This document shows, in pieces, positions 63,704 to 64,000 of a stretch of 64,000 bases of DNA; positions within the stretch are counted from its first letter, which is position 1, and every line of letters starts with the position of its first letter. The stretch comes from Glycera tridactyla. Taxonomy: Eukaryota. Below the pieces are notes generated by a model that made no database searches, was not told where the DNA came from, and was given only the letters and a program-made list of their open reading frames with translations. The DNA lies in contig OZ286472.1 in NCBI GenBank assembly GCA_965644265.1, positions 56,296,001 to 56,360,000 of the forward strand, read 5' to 3'. The position numbers and the translations under genes are program-made.

Positions 63704-64000
63704 TTCATTGCATTTCTCTCCTCACTACATTTAATGACACCACCAACATTCTAATGGTGGTGGCAGCCATGTTGGTGCTAGTGGTGGCATTGCAGGTTTT
63801 ATGCAGACAGGGAATGAAGCAGCAATGATTGGTGGGACGGGGATCACAATTCAAACATGTTGGAATCGGTACTTCCTACCCACAGTCGGCTCCACTTATC
63901 TCTCACACTTGTTACCCCCCTCTCTCCAGGTGGGGCGGGGCGATAGCCAGTACCCCTTGCATGTCCACTAATAAGCCTGGCACCAGTCAGAGTGCCAGTC

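Overview
AT-rich, CpG-depleted animal genomic DNA with 10 assembly gaps. The repeat types suggest a marine invertebrate (inference). I could not support any host-gene exon, tRNA, rRNA or CRISPR array, so the window reads as intronic or intergenic repeat landscape. The main features are: (1) an apparently intact, near full-length CR1-group (L2/Crack-like) LINE on the minus strand (~6681-14001). It has an L1-type ORF1 and an APE-RT ORF2 separated by an unusually long 1.68-kb spacer that carries a promoter-like CCAAT/E-box/ETS module. (2) A ~3.85-kb Helentron-associated non-autonomous element (HINE/DINE-1-like, ~16426-20273) with complete terminal hallmarks and a 147-bp satellite array showing higher-order structure. 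(3) Many TA-flanked pogo/Tigger-like MITEs from at least four sequence subfamilies, with full-length copies of about 175-180 bp. (4) Other MITEs, including a CAGGG-ended one with a 5-bp TSD, plus SINE-like fragments, tandem repeats, palindromes and microsatellites. All assignments come from reading the sequence by eye; no searches were run.
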